A DNA stretch of 25,810 bases from Pyrinomonadaceae bacterium (GTDB taxonomy: Bacteria; Acidobacteriota; Blastocatellia; Pyrinomonadales; Pyrinomonadaceae). Of this stretch, positions 1 through 8,938 are shown one piece after another (position 1 is the stretch's first letter; each line of letters opens with the position of its first letter). The DNA is taken from contig DASZDV010000187.1 of NCBI GenBank assembly GCA_035941575.1, forward strand, positions 1-25,810, given 5' to 3'. The translations under genes were made by a program, and so were the position numbers. The notes beneath the pieces are model-generated. The model was not told the DNA's origin, did no database searches, and worked only from the letters and a program-made list of their open reading frames with translations.

Positions 1-2
1 TT

Positions 3-746
3 GATGTCTTTGAACCCAAACACGTCGTAGAGATCAAGGTCGAACTGTCAGTACGCGGCAAGGATTCCGGCAAGCACTATCTCGGCACTGACGAAGACTG
101 GGAACGTGCGGAAGCTGCTTTAGTCGATGCGCTGGAGGCCCGTCAGATTCCGTACCAGCGAATGGAAGGTGAAGCAGTTTTCTACGGGCCAAAGATCGAC
201 ATGCGCGTCGCAGATGCGATCGGTCGCACGTGGCAATTGACGACGGTACAGTTTGACTTCAACTTTCCCGAACGCTTCCAGCTCGAATACATCGGCGAGG
301 ACAACAAACCGCACCGGCCATTGATGATTCACCGCGCGTTGTTCGGGGCGATGGAACGGTTCTTTGGTGTGTTAATCGAGCACTACGCCGGAGCGTTCCC
401 CATGTGGCTCGCACCCGTGCAAGTCGCTGTATTACCGATCACGGACCGTGTAAACGAATACGCGGAACAGGTGGCGAGTGAACTTCGCGATGCCGGACTT
501 CGCATCGAAGCGAACCTGCGCAGTGAAAAGATCGGCGCGAAGATTCGCGACGCTCAATTACAGAAGGTGCCTTTCATGCTGGTGCTCGGTGACCGTGAGG
601 CCGAGCAAAAGACGGTTGCAGTTCGTGAGCGAACTCGTGGTGATATTGGCACGATGTCGCTCGAGGAGTTTAAGGAGATGGCGCACGGGTTAGTCGAAAC
701 CCGCGCGTTAACTTTTAACAATCAAGCGCAGGAGGTGCAGCAATAG
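3..746 (+). CDS. thrS: Threonyl-tRNA synthetase, C-terminal part (5' end outside window)
   Basis: Frame is open from base 3 (DVFEPKHVV...EDWERAE...). It contains [48 protein letters not shown] and the anticodon-binding domain [10 protein letters not shown]...KVPFMLVLG. Confidence 0.98.
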   Translation, partial: DVFEPKHVVEIKVELSVRGKDSGKHYLGTDEDWERAEAALVDALEARQIPYQRMEGEAVFYGPKIDMRVADAIGRTWQLTTVQFDFNFPERFQLEYIGEDNKPHRPLMIHRALFGAMERFFGVLIEHYAGAFPMWLAPVQVAVLPITDRVNEYAEQVASELRDAGLRIEANLRSEKIGAKIRDAQLQKVPFMLVLGDREAEQKTVAVRERTRGDIGTMSLEEFKEMAHGLVETRALTFNNQAQEVQQ

Positions 747-1333
747 CTACAGGCTTTCGCGGTCGTGGTCAGCGTCCGGACAATCGGCGTCTACCGCCGG
801 TCCGTATCAATGAAAGAATTCGCGTACCGGAAGTACGCGTGATTGGCGAGGAAGGAGAACAAATGGGCGTCATGGATGTGCGAGATGCGATCCGTGCAGC
901 CCGCGACAAGGGACTGGATTTAGTCGAAGTCGCGCCCAATGCCGATCCGCCTGTTTGCCGAATAATCGACTTTGGAAAATACCAGTACGAAGCCAAGAAG
1001 AAGGCAAACGAAGCGAAGAAGAAGCAGGTCACGATCACGGTTAAGGAAGTGAAGTTTCGTCCCGGCACCGACGATCACGATTACAACTACCGCATGAAGC
1101 ACGCGCGGGAGTGGTTGCAGGACGGCGACAAAGTCAAAGCCACGATCTGGTTTCGCGGACGCGAGATGACGCACCGTGAATTAGGTGCGCGAATCCTCGA
1201 GAAACTCGAGCAGGATCTGGCGGACGTCGGCGAAGTCGAGACGAGGCCGAAGATGGAAGGGAACCAGATGTTCATCATCCTCGGACCAAAGAGACATAAG
1301 AGCGGCGGGAAGGAAACAAGTCCCACCCATTAA
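743..1333 (+). CDS. infC: Translation initiation factor IF-3, probable non-canonical ATA start
   Basis: [40 protein letters not shown] and VKEVKFRP motifs. The frame is open upstream of the track start (839) to ATA at 743, 7 nt after GGAGG (731-735). Confidence 0.97.
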   Translation: MATGFRGRGQRPDNRRLPPVRINERIRVPEVRVIGEEGEQMGVMDVRDAIRAARDKGLDLVEVAPNADPPVCRIIDFGKYQYEAKKKANEAKKKQVTITVKEVKFRPGTDDHDYNYRMKHAREWLQDGDKVKATIWFRGREMTHRELGARILEKLEQDLADVGEVETRPKMEGNQMFIILGPKRHKSGGKETSPTH

Positions 1334-1336
1334 CTT

Positions 1337-1413
1337 CGATTGCCAATTGCCGATTGCCAATTGCGCTATCGGCAAAAAACAATCGGCAGTCGACAATCGG
1401 AAATCGGAAATAA
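1337..1413. repeat. 7-nt-periodic imperfect inverted repeat (hairpin-forming intergenic element)
   Basis: Left arm CGATTGC CAATTGC CGATTGC CAATTGC (1337-1364). It continues in the same 7-nt register as complementary-type units GCTATCG GCAAAAA ACAATCG GCAGTCG ACAATCG GAAATCG GAAATAA. Confidence 0.85.
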
Positions 1414-1429
1414 CTACAAGGAAGCGATT

Positions 1430-1633
1430 ATGCCCAAACTCAAGACACATAAAGGCGCAGCCAAGCGAGTGCGGCTGACCGCAACGGGAAAAATCAAGCG
1501 CGGCCACTCGCATGCGCGACACATATTGACGAAGAAGACAAACAAGCGGAAACGTCATCTGGATATCGATACGCTGGTTTCGAAATCGGATCACGAACGC
1601 GTGATGTCGATGCTCCCGTACGGTCGCGACTAA
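1430..1633 (+). CDS. rpmI: 50S ribosomal protein L35
   Basis: [24 protein letters not shown]...HILTKK. AAGGA at 1418-1422 precedes ATG 1430; the track's 1340 start is a repeat-derived extension. Confidence 0.97.
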   Translation: MPKLKTHKGAAKRVRLTATGKIKRGHSHARHILTKKTNKRKRHLDIDTLVSKSDHERVMSMLPYGRD

Positions 1634-1674
1634 CAGGTCAGTTTATTTGAAGTTCATAAAGGAGGACTCATCAT

Positions 1675-2055
1675 ATGCCCAGGGCAAAACGTGGGAATAA
1701 GCGTCTCGAACGACGCAAGAAGATATTGAAGCTGGCGAAGGGTTATCGCGGCACGAAATCGAAGTTGTATCGATCGGCAAAGGAGTCGGTTGAGCGCGGT
1801 CTGAATTTCGCTTACACCGGAAGGAAGTTGAAAAAGCGCGACTTCCGCAGCTTGTGGATCGTGCGCATCGGCGCTGCCGCTCGTCTGAATGGATTGAACT
1901 ATTCGCAGTTGATGCACGGGTTGAAACTCGCCAACATCGAACTCGATCGTAAAGTGCTCGCCGATCTCGCGGTCCATCAACCCGAATCGTTTGCCACCGT
2001 TGCGGCCCAGGCAAAGAGCGCGCTCGAGAACGAACAACGCAACAAAGCCGCCTAG
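1675..2055 (+). CDS. rplT: 50S ribosomal protein L20
   Basis: MPRAKRG...[11 protein letters not shown]...[25 protein letters not shown]...[10 protein letters not shown], with a GGAGG SD. Confidence 0.98.
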   Translation: MPRAKRGNKRLERRKKILKLAKGYRGTKSKLYRSAKESVERGLNFAYTGRKLKKRDFRSLWIVRIGAAARLNGLNYSQLMHGLKLANIELDRKVLADLAVHQPESFATVAAQAKSALENEQRNKAA

Positions 2056-2072
2056 TTCGAAAGGATTGACCA

Positions 2073-2822
2073 GTGAAATTCACGACACTTCTACTCACAT
2101 TTCTCCTGGGCGCTACCGTTGCTTTGGCGCAGGGCACTCCTGCCCCAGCCGGCTTACCGGCGATGGTTGAGAAGTTCAACGGAACGTACGAGGGAACAGC
2201 GAAAGGACAACCCGTGTCTTTGGACTTGAAAACCAAAGACGGGAAGTTTGAAGGTCGTTTGCGCAATGGGGAGAAGAGTTACGACCTGACGGAAGGTGCT
2301 GTCGCCGGCGACGGCAAACTGTCGCTGTCATTTGGTAAGGACGCCAAGCTCAACGGCAAGGTGGAGGGGGATAAGCTCGTCGGCGAGATGGTCGTCGGAG
2401 CTGAGAAAACGCCGATCGAATTGAAAAAGGCCGGATCGGCTGCCCCAGCACCCGCGGCAGCGAGTTCTGCGGCAACACCAGCGGCGAGTTCTACTGCAGC
2501 GGCACCGAGTTCTACGGCGGCGCCCGCGTTCAATCTCAACGGCGAGTGGGAAGGAATGGCGGACGCGAACGGCCAGCCGTTTCCGTTTTTGTTAACGCTG
2601 AAAGTTGACGGCGAGACCGTCACCGGCAACAGCAGTTCGCAACTCGGCGAAGCGACCGTTAAATCCGGCACGTGGAAAGACGGACGGCTGTCGTTTCAAC
2701 TCGAAGGAACTAACGGCATCATTGCGATGAGTGCAACAGTCATCGATGGAAAGCTGTCCGGCGAGTTTGATTATGCCGGACAGTTGCAAGGCAAGTGGGT
2801 CGCGGTGAAGAAGAATCAATAG
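2073..2822 (+). CDS. Secreted hypothetical protein: signal peptide, two related beta-rich domains, Ala/Ser/Pro/Thr linker
   Basis: GTG start after AAGGA; hydrophobic N-terminus ending in ALA-Q. Domain starts [18 protein letters not shown] and [22 protein letters not shown] are similar. Confidence 0.8.
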   Translation: MKFTTLLLTFLLGATVALAQGTPAPAGLPAMVEKFNGTYEGTAKGQPVSLDLKTKDGKFEGRLRNGEKSYDLTEGAVAGDGKLSLSFGKDAKLNGKVEGDKLVGEMVVGAEKTPIELKKAGSAAPAPAAASSAATPAASSTAAAPSSTAAPAFNLNGEWEGMADANGQPFPFLLTLKVDGETVTGNSSSQLGEATVKSGTWKDGRLSFQLEGTNGIIAMSATVIDGKLSGEFDYAGQLQGKWVAVKKNQ

Positions 2823-2836
2823 GAACTTTGTCCTTA

Positions 2837-3940
2837 ATGACTGAGAGCCAAACGGAACAAGCACCCATCCAGCAGGTTCAGACAGAAGGCAAAGCGCTCG
2901 AACAAGCATTCGAGCGCTTTGTTCGCTTTAGTGATCCGGCGGCGGTGGGAGATCTCGATCTGGAGACGACGATCGGACTTCAACGCGAGTTGGCGGAAGT
3001 GCGCACGAGTTGTCTCGGGAAGAAGAGCGCCTGGGCGGCGAAAAAGAAGCTCATTGGTCGTGTGGCACCCGAAGAGCGCCCGGTGCTGGGGCAATTGTTA
3101 CAAGAGATTGAAGATAAGATCGTAGCGCTCGCAGAAGCCGTTGAGCAGAATCTAAAGAACCATATCTATGAAGCGCGCACTGCGCGCGAGAGCATCGATG
3201 TGACGTTGCCGGGACGCCGTCCGCCCTACGGCCATCGCCATCCGATCACGATCGTGCGCGAACGCATCGAGGACATCTTCGTTGCGCTCGGCTATGTTAT
3301 CGAAGACGGCCGGGAGATTGAGACTGACTTCTACAATTTCACAGCGCTAAACATCCCCGACAACCATCCGGCGCGCGGCGAAGCCGACACGTTCTACACA
3401 ACTGACGGATTCGCGCTTCGTTCACAAACATCCACCGTGCAGATTCACGCGATGCAACGTCGCGGCGTGCCGATCCGCATGATCGCGCCCGGCCGCGTGT
3501 TCCGGCGCGACACGCCCGACCCGACCCACAACCCGATGTTCTTTCAGGTCGAAGGCTTGTGTGTCGATCGCGGCATCACGATGGCGCATTTGAAGGGAAC
3601 AGTGACGGAAATGCTTCGCCGCATGTTCGGCGCCGACATCGTGACTCGTTTTCGCCCTTCGTACTTTCCGTTTACAGAACCGAGCGCCGAGTTTGATTTC
3701 AGTTGTTTCAAGTGCAAAGGCGCGGGCTGCCGCATCTGCAAAAACTCTGGCTGGATCGAGCTCGGTGGTTCCGGAATGGTTCATCCAAACGTGTTGCGGG
3801 CGGTTGGCGTTGACCCGCTGGTCTATTCCGGTTTCGCTTTCGGTTTTGGCATCGACCGGATGTGTGGGCTGATGTACGAACTCGACGACATAAGACTGTT
3901 GTTCGAAAACGACGTGAGGTTTTTGGAGCAGTTTGAGTAG
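2837..3940 (+). CDS. pheS: Phenylalanyl-tRNA synthetase alpha subunit
   Basis: [77 protein letters not shown] and [13 protein letters not shown] 2837 is preferred over GTG 2795, which lies inside the upstream gene. Confidence 0.98.
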   Translation: MTESQTEQAPIQQVQTEGKALEQAFERFVRFSDPAAVGDLDLETTIGLQRELAEVRTSCLGKKSAWAAKKKLIGRVAPEERPVLGQLLQEIEDKIVALAEAVEQNLKNHIYEARTARESIDVTLPGRRPPYGHRHPITIVRERIEDIFVALGYVIEDGREIETDFYNFTALNIPDNHPARGEADTFYTTDGFALRSQTSTVQIHAMQRRGVPIRMIAPGRVFRRDTPDPTHNPMFFQVEGLCVDRGITMAHLKGTVTEMLRRMFGADIVTRFRPSYFPFTEPSAEFDFSCFKCKGAGCRICKNSGWIELGGSGMVHPNVLRAVGVDPLVYSGFAFGFGIDRMCGLMYELDDIRLLFENDVRFLEQFE

Positions 3941-3949
3941 GTTTACTCG

Positions 3950-5974
3950 ATGTTCATCAGTTACAACTGGCTCAAAGAAATAACCCCTTCTGAACTCAGT
4001 CCGCAGGAACTGCGCGAGCGCCTTACTATGGTCGGCCTGGCGATCGACGCCGTCGAGCACCATGACACTGACGCGGTACTCGACGTTGAAGTGCCGTCGA
4101 ACAGACCTGACTGCCTGAGTCACGTCGGAATCGCTCGCGAAGTTGCGGTAATCGAACGCAAACCACTCAACCTGCCGCAAATCGGCGCTTTCAAAACGGA
4201 AGGTCGGACTACTGATCTGGCGTCGGTTGAGATCAAGGACGCTGATCTTTGTCCGCGTTACGCGGCGCGTCTTGTTCGTGGTGTGAAGATTGCCCCATCG
4301 CCGGAGTGGCTGGCAAAACGTTTGGAGACGATCGGCCAGCGGCCCATCAATAACGTCGCTGACATCACCAACTACGTTCTTCACGAGTTGGGCCAGCCGT
4401 TGCACGCCTTCGATTTTCACAAACTGGGTGGTCGTAGAATTGTGGTGCGCCGGGCCGCTGCCGGTGAAAAACTCAAAACACTCGATGGTGTTGAACGTGT
4501 TCTCACGAATGACATGCTCGTGATCGCTGACGCCGAACGTCCAGTCGCGCTCGCCGGAATCATGGGTGGTGAGGAGTCGGAAATCTCGACGGCGACGACT
4601 GACGTTCTGATTGAAAGCGCCTACTTCGATCCGAATTCAGTGCGACGCACTGCGCGGCAGCTCGGAATGGATACGGAAGCTTCGCGGAGATTTGAACGCG
4701 GCGCGGACTGCGAAGGAGTCCTGCGCGCGCAAGAGCGCTGTGTACAACTGATCTGCGAGCTTGCAGGAGGCGTTGCTACCGAAGATTGGCTCGATACTTA
4801 TCCCTCCCCGTTTGTCTCACGCACAGTGTACTTACGTCCACAGCGAGTCCTGGAGCTAACGTCGCTATCCGTTCAACGCGCGGATGTTGTGCGCATCCTG
4901 ACTGGCCTCGGGTTCGCGGTCACCGAGCAAGAAGAACGACTGACGTGCACTGTGCCGTCGTGGCGTGTCGACGTCGAACAGGAAGAGGATCTCGTCGAAG
5001 AAGTAGCGCGCCACACTGGTTTCGACAAGATCGGCTCGGAACTGCCGCCCGCGACTGCTTCCGGTGAGTATCAGCCGAGTGAAATGAAGCAGCGTCTGCT
5101 ACGACGCGCGCTAAATGCGTTTGGATTTGATGAAGCCATTAACTTTAGCTTCACTTTAAAACAAACAGACGATCAACCTGAGCTTAAGAACCCGATCATT
5201 GAAGAAGCGGCGTTCATGCGTGCGACGCTGCTCCCCGGGCTGCTCGACTCGCTGCGACATAATCTCAACCATGGCATTCGCGATGTCCGTTTGTTTGAAA
5301 TCGGCCGCGTTTTTGCGCCTGATTCAGCTGGCGAACTGCCGCAGGAAAAGCTTATGCTCGCAGTAATTGCAACAGGCGGCGCGATCGAAGCAAACAAAGC
5401 GCAAGCAGAACGCGAATTGGATTTCTTCGACGTCAAAGGAGCTCTCGAAACAGCAGTCGATTGGATGAGTTTGAATCCGCTCAGTTTCACTCCAACCACT
5501 ACGCCGCGCTTGCGAGTGGGGCAATCCGCCCGTATCAAACTCAGCGATGGAGCAGAAATCGGCACCATCGGCCGTCTTGCTGAAAGTGTTGCCACGAATT
5601 ACAAGTTTCGATATCCGATCTACGTACTGGAAGTCGATCTTGATGCACTACTGAATGCGCCAGTGAGGACGGTTCAGTACTCTTCATTGCCGCGCTATCC
5701 GTCAGTGGTTCGCGACATCTCTCTGTTGCTCAACCGTACCATTGCTCTGGACGACGTGCTCAACGCCGTCAAAGAGAAACAGGTCGCCGACTTTCGCGGC
5801 GTGAAGCTGGTCGGCACTTTTGAAGGCGGAAACATTCCGTCGTCCAAACGATCCGTAACGCTGCGTTTGGAGTATCGCTCGGATGAACGTACCTTGCGCG
5901 ACGACGAAGTGGAAGAACGCCACGCGCACTTGACGTCGTCATTACTCGAGACGTTTGCAGCACAGCAACGTTAG
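3950..5974 (+). CDS. pheT: Phenylalanyl-tRNA synthetase beta subunit, short form (674 aa, apparently lacking the B2 OB-fold insertion)
   Basis: MFISYNWLKE, NRPDCLSHVGIARE, INNVADITNYVLHELGQPLHAFD, ALAGIMGG, ASRRFERG, PSWRVDV..EEDLVEEVAR and C-terminal PRYPSVVRDIS...SVTLRLEYR..ERTL. Confidence 0.97.
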   Translation: MFISYNWLKEITPSELSPQELRERLTMVGLAIDAVEHHDTDAVLDVEVPSNRPDCLSHVGIAREVAVIERKPLNLPQIGAFKTEGRTTDLASVEIKDADLCPRYAARLVRGVKIAPSPEWLAKRLETIGQRPINNVADITNYVLHELGQPLHAFDFHKLGGRRIVVRRAAAGEKLKTLDGVERVLTNDMLVIADAERPVALAGIMGGEESEISTATTDVLIESAYFDPNSVRRTARQLGMDTEASRRFERGADCEGVLRAQERCVQLICELAGGVATEDWLDTYPSPFVSRTVYLRPQRVLELTSLSVQRADVVRILTGLGFAVTEQEERLTCTVPSWRVDVEQEEDLVEEVARHTGFDKIGSELPPATASGEYQPSEMKQRLLRRALNAFGFDEAINFSFTLKQTDDQPELKNPIIEEAAFMRATLLPGLLDSLRHNLNHGIRDVRLFEIGRVFAPDSAGELPQEKLMLAVIATGGAIEANKAQAERELDFFDVKGALETAVDWMSLNPLSFTPTTTPRLRVGQSARIKLSDGAEIGTIGRLAESVATNYKFRYPIYVLEVDLDALLNAPVRTVQYSSLPRYPSVVRDISLLLNRTIALDDVLNAVKEKQVADFRGVKLVGTFEGGNIPSSKRSVTLRLEYRSDERTLRDDEVEERHAHLTSSLLETFAAQQR

Positions 5975-6022
5975 AAAATAAGAACGCCCTAAAATAAATC
6001 GCGCGTGATTACAAAATGAGTC

Positions 6023-6051
6023 TTGCGCTGGCAAGCCTGAAGACGGATAAT
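6023..6051 (+). promoter_or_regulatory. Putative sigma70-type promoter for zapB-like/zapA
   Basis: TTGCGC (6023-6028), 17-nt spacer, GATAAT (6046-6051). Confidence 0.6.
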
Positions 6052-6093
6052 CGCGTTCGCGTTTCAGTTCAGACACTCTCGGGAGACAAATTG

Positions 6094-6372
6094 ATGGTTG
6101 GTCTGTCAGGCCTCGAAAAGTTTTCGCATCTCGAAGATAAGATCTATCGAACCATCGAACTCACCAAAACGCTGCGCCAGGAAAAAGAGAATCTCGAAAA
6201 AGAACTCGCGCTGATTCATCGTGACATGGGCAACGTGCTGAACGAAAAAGAGCGTCTGGAAGTGCAGGTTGAGAAGCTGCTCGCTGAACGCGAGACCATC
6301 CGCATGAAGGTTGAAGCAATGCTCGATGCCGTCGCTGCTCTCGATCCCGAAATGGCAGAGGAGCTGCGATGA
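6094..6372 (+). CDS. ZapB-like coiled-coil cell division protein
   Basis: All-helical heptad protein (LEKFSHLEDKIYRTIELTKTLRQEKENLEKEL...) directly upstream of zapA with an ATGA overlap. GGGAGA at 6081-6086 and the promoter favour ATG 6094 over 6016. Confidence 0.75.
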   Translation: MVGLSGLEKFSHLEDKIYRTIELTKTLRQEKENLEKELALIHRDMGNVLNEKERLEVQVEKLLAERETIRMKVEAMLDAVAALDPEMAEELR

Positions 6373-6758
6373 GTTCCGGAATTGGCCGCATGATCAATAA
6401 AAGCACTATGGAAGGCAGTACCAGCAGCCCGACGATCCGCGTTGAGATTTATAACCAAACCTACAACATTCGCTCCGACGGCGACACTGAATACATCATT
6501 CAACTCGCAGAATTTGTCGATGGTCGTATGCGGGAAATCTCCTCCGGCACACTCACTGTCGACTCTCTTAAGGTAGCCATCCTCGCGGCCCTCCACATCG
6601 CCGACGAACTGCATCGTCTCAAGAATATGCACGAACAAGCCGACGCTCAGCTTGCCGCGCGCAGCGCGGAATGCGCCGAGATGCTTGACCGCCTTTTAAA
6701 GGTCAGAACGAGCGTTGAAAACGAACAGGGCGGCGCCGGCAAACTCTCTTTAGGCTAA
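6369..6758 (+). CDS. zapA: Cell division protein ZapA
   Basis: IRVEIYNQTYNI...YIIQLAEFVDGRMREI...DSLKVAILAALHIADEL. The start may be at 6369, 6390 or 6408. Confidence 0.9.
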   Translation: MSSGIGRMINKSTMEGSTSSPTIRVEIYNQTYNIRSDGDTEYIIQLAEFVDGRMREISSGTLTVDSLKVAILAALHIADELHRLKNMHEQADAQLAARSAECAEMLDRLLKVRTSVENEQGGAGKLSLG

Positions 6759-6774
6759 CCATAACAACGCCTAA

Positions 6775-6801
6775 AAAAGCACAAAAGCACAAAGGACAAA
6801 G
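6775..6801. repeat. Short 8-nt tandem repeat
   Basis: AAAAGCAC AAAAGCAC AAAGGAC AAAG. Confidence 0.6.
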
Positions 6802-6813
6802 CTCTCTTCGTTG

Positions 6814-6822
6814 TGTTAATAT
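6814..6822 (+). promoter_or_regulatory. Extended -10 promoter element for the 6S RNA
   Basis: TG-t-TAATAT (6814-6822), ending 7 nt before the first base of the 6S closing stem. Confidence 0.6.
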
Positions 6823-6829
6823 CCGTCCC

Positions 6830-7032
6830 GGCGGAGGGAAACTTCTGCGGTGATCGTCACCGATTTACGATGATTGAGCCAACGCCGTTGATTCGGGAGA
6901 CCGAGGTCGTCTAGCCAGTGCATTTCTTCATCGTTAAGAACTGCCAGAGGCTACGTCATTAAGAGGTCACCCACCTGTCATTGCAGGTTCAATTACGGCT
7001 TCGGAACGACAGATGCGGATCTCCCTCCCGCC
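6830..7032 (+). ncRNA. ssrS: 6S RNA
   Basis: About 200-nt rod directly downstream of zapA, the usual ssrS position. The 5' GGCGGAGGGA pairs with the 3' TCCCTCCCGCC. UGAGCC/GGUUCA and GGGAGACC/GGUCACCC helices flank a central bubble carrying a CCUG-UCAUUG-CAGG hairpin. Confidence 0.85.
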
Positions 7033-7038
7033 AAGAAA

Positions 7039-7078
7039 GCCGCCAATCATGACGCTATTCGTGATTAGCGGTCTTTTT
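7039..7078 (+). terminator. Intrinsic terminator after 6S RNA
   Basis: GCCGC-C-AATCATGA / TCGTGATT-A-GCGGT stem, 6-nt loop, then CTTTTT. Confidence 0.7.
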
Positions 7079-7097
7079 GTTTTCAGGTAAATTTATT

Positions 7098-7880
7098 ATG
7101 CGAGTCCTGATGATAGGAGATGTCGTTGCTAAACCCGGGCGCATTGCTGTGCTCGAACGCATCCAGGACCTGCGCGAACAACATCACATTGATCTGGCGG
7201 TTATGAACGCCGAAAACCTGGCCGGCGGTTTTTCTGTCACTCCGCCGCTGTGTGAGGAACTTTTCTCCTCCGGCATCGACGTGATGACCTCCGGAAACCA
7301 CATCTTCGACAAGAAAGAAGCAATCGATTACATCCGCAAACAGCCGCGACTCGTTCGCCCCGCGAACTATCCCCCAAACACTCCGGGAAGTGGCGTTTGG
7401 GCTGGCGAGGTAAACGGAGCGCACGTTGCCGTTATGAATTTGATGGGCCGCGTGTTTATGCCGCCTTCGGACGATCCGTTCCGTATCGTCGATCAGATAT
7501 TGCAATCGTTGCCGCAGAAAACCACCGTGCGCATTGTTGACATGCATGCTGAGGCAACCTCAGAGAAGGTGGCGATGGGCTGGCATCTTGACGGGCGTGT
7601 TTCAGCGGTTGTCGGCACACATACACATGTGCAGACCGCGGACGATCGAATCCTGCCGCAGGGCACTGCTTATTTAACTGATCTGGGAATGACGGGTAGT
7701 TACGCAGGCGTGATCGGTATGAACAAAGCGGACGTGATCGCGCGTTTTACTTCCGCAACTGCACGCCGTGCTGAACATTCCAGTGGGCAAGTGCGCATTT
7801 GTGGCGCGGTGATCGACGTTGATGAAGCGACCGGCCGCGCTCGAACAATTGAACGCGTAAACTTGGCGCACGATCAGTAA
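7098..7880 (+). CDS. ymdB: YmdB/TIGR00282-family metallophosphoesterase (2',3'-cyclic nucleotide phosphodiesterase-like)
   Basis: [55 protein letters not shown] and TDLGMTG. Confidence 0.93.
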   Translation: MRVLMIGDVVAKPGRIAVLERIQDLREQHHIDLAVMNAENLAGGFSVTPPLCEELFSSGIDVMTSGNHIFDKKEAIDYIRKQPRLVRPANYPPNTPGSGVWAGEVNGAHVAVMNLMGRVFMPPSDDPFRIVDQILQSLPQKTTVRIVDMHAEATSEKVAMGWHLDGRVSAVVGTHTHVQTADDRILPQGTAYLTDLGMTGSYAGVIGMNKADVIARFTSATARRAEHSSGQVRICGAVIDVDEATGRARTIERVNLAHDQ

Positions 7881-7882
7881 CG

Positions 7883-8830
7883 CTACTTTTTCATCTGTCG
7901 CAACTCTGCCGCCAGTTTAATCCGCTGCTCCAATTCCGCTTTCAAACTCGGCCTTAGTTTCAAGCACTTGTCAAAATCAGTTTGCGCCGCAGCCTCATTG
8001 CCAAGATAGAAGTTTGCCAGCCCTCGATTAACATAAGACCACACAAGCTGTGGATTCCGTTCGATAGCGTGATTGAAATCTTCGATCGCCGGCTCCATTC
8101 GCCCTTTTTTCATCAGAGCGGTCCCGCGACCGTGGTAGGCCCATGCCATCGTCGGCATTAGTTCAATGGCACGCTCAAAGTCTTTGATCGAATCTTCCAG
8201 GCTGTTGAGTGCAAGGTAAACGTAACCGCGCTGGTAAAACGCCTCGGCGACATCGTCTTTCAACTCGATCGCACGGTTGAGATCTGAAAGAGCTTCTTTT
8301 TCGTGGCCCAGGTCATGGTGCAAACTGCCGCGATTGATGTAAGCCTGATAGAAATCCTTCTTGATGTAGATAGCGCGATCCAGGTCCTTTATCGCACTCT
8401 CGCTGTCCCCTGTGGACCGCAGCGCTGCTGCCCGGTTCAAGTAAGCGACAACCAAAGAAGGTCTGATTCGCAGAGCCTCATTGAAATCTTCGATGGCGCC
8501 GAGATAATCCGCCTTCCGGTAACGTGCAAAGCCACGGTTGTTATAGGCGTTCGCGGTGAACGGATCGATGACTTTGATGTCGTCGTTTGCGGCCTCTGAA
8601 TCGGAGAAGGAGTTTCCGGTATTGCGTGATTCTTTTGAGCCGGTAAGCCGGGAACTGAGTCTGATCGCGCGGCTGTATTCTTCGATCGCGCCGTCGAGAT
8701 CGCCGTTTCCGGTCTTCTTCAGTGCGTTCTTAAAGTGATTAATCGCGGCTTCGGGTGTTTGTGCCTGGACGGAAGCGAACGTAGGTATGACGACGGTGAG
8801 GATGGCAAAGAAAAACGCAAGACGGCGCAT
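7883..8830 (-). CDS. Secreted tetratricopeptide-repeat protein
   Basis: Signal peptide (MRRLAFFFAILTVV...AQ) and about 7 TPR units (AYNNRG..., AYLNRA..., AYINRG..., AFYQRG..., AYHGRG..., SYVNRG...). GGGAGG SD. Confidence 0.9.
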   Translation of the reverse strand: MRRLAFFFAILTVVIPTFASVQAQTPEAAINHFKNALKKTGNGDLDGAIEEYSRAIRLSSRLTGSKESRNTGNSFSDSEAANDDIKVIDPFTANAYNNRGFARYRKADYLGAIEDFNEALRIRPSLVVAYLNRAAALRSTGDSESAIKDLDRAIYIKKDFYQAYINRGSLHHDLGHEKEALSDLNRAIELKDDVAEAFYQRGYVYLALNSLEDSIKDFERAIELMPTMAWAYHGRGTALMKKGRMEPAIEDFNHAIERNPQLVWSYVNRGLANFYLGNEAAAQTDFDKCLKLRPSLKAELEQRIKLAAELRQMKK

Positions 8831-8847
8831 GGTAAACCCTCCCGAGG

Positions 8848-8877
8848 TTGAAGCCCGTTACCATGTGCGTGTAAGAT
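8848..8877 (+). promoter_or_regulatory. Putative sigma70-type promoter with no adjacent sense gene
   Basis: TTGAAG (8848-8853), 18-nt spacer, TAAGAT (8872-8877). Confidence 0.5.
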
Positions 8878-8938
8878 GCCGCTGCCGACGATGCATCTTT
8901 GTGCGCCGCAAGGCAAACGAACTTGTGTTGTCATCAGG

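Noticed and set aside
1340-1429. N-terminal extension of L35 ([10 protein letters not shown]...)
   Set aside because: It is a translation of the heptamer repeat; the SD and conserved start are at 1430.
2056-2836. pheM-type attenuator or T-box upstream of pheS
   Set aside because: No Phe-rich leader, T-box sequence or terminator; the region is fully coding.
3422-4420. 332-aa minus-strand ORF
   Set aside because: Antisense shadow of pheS/pheT with no recognisable motifs.
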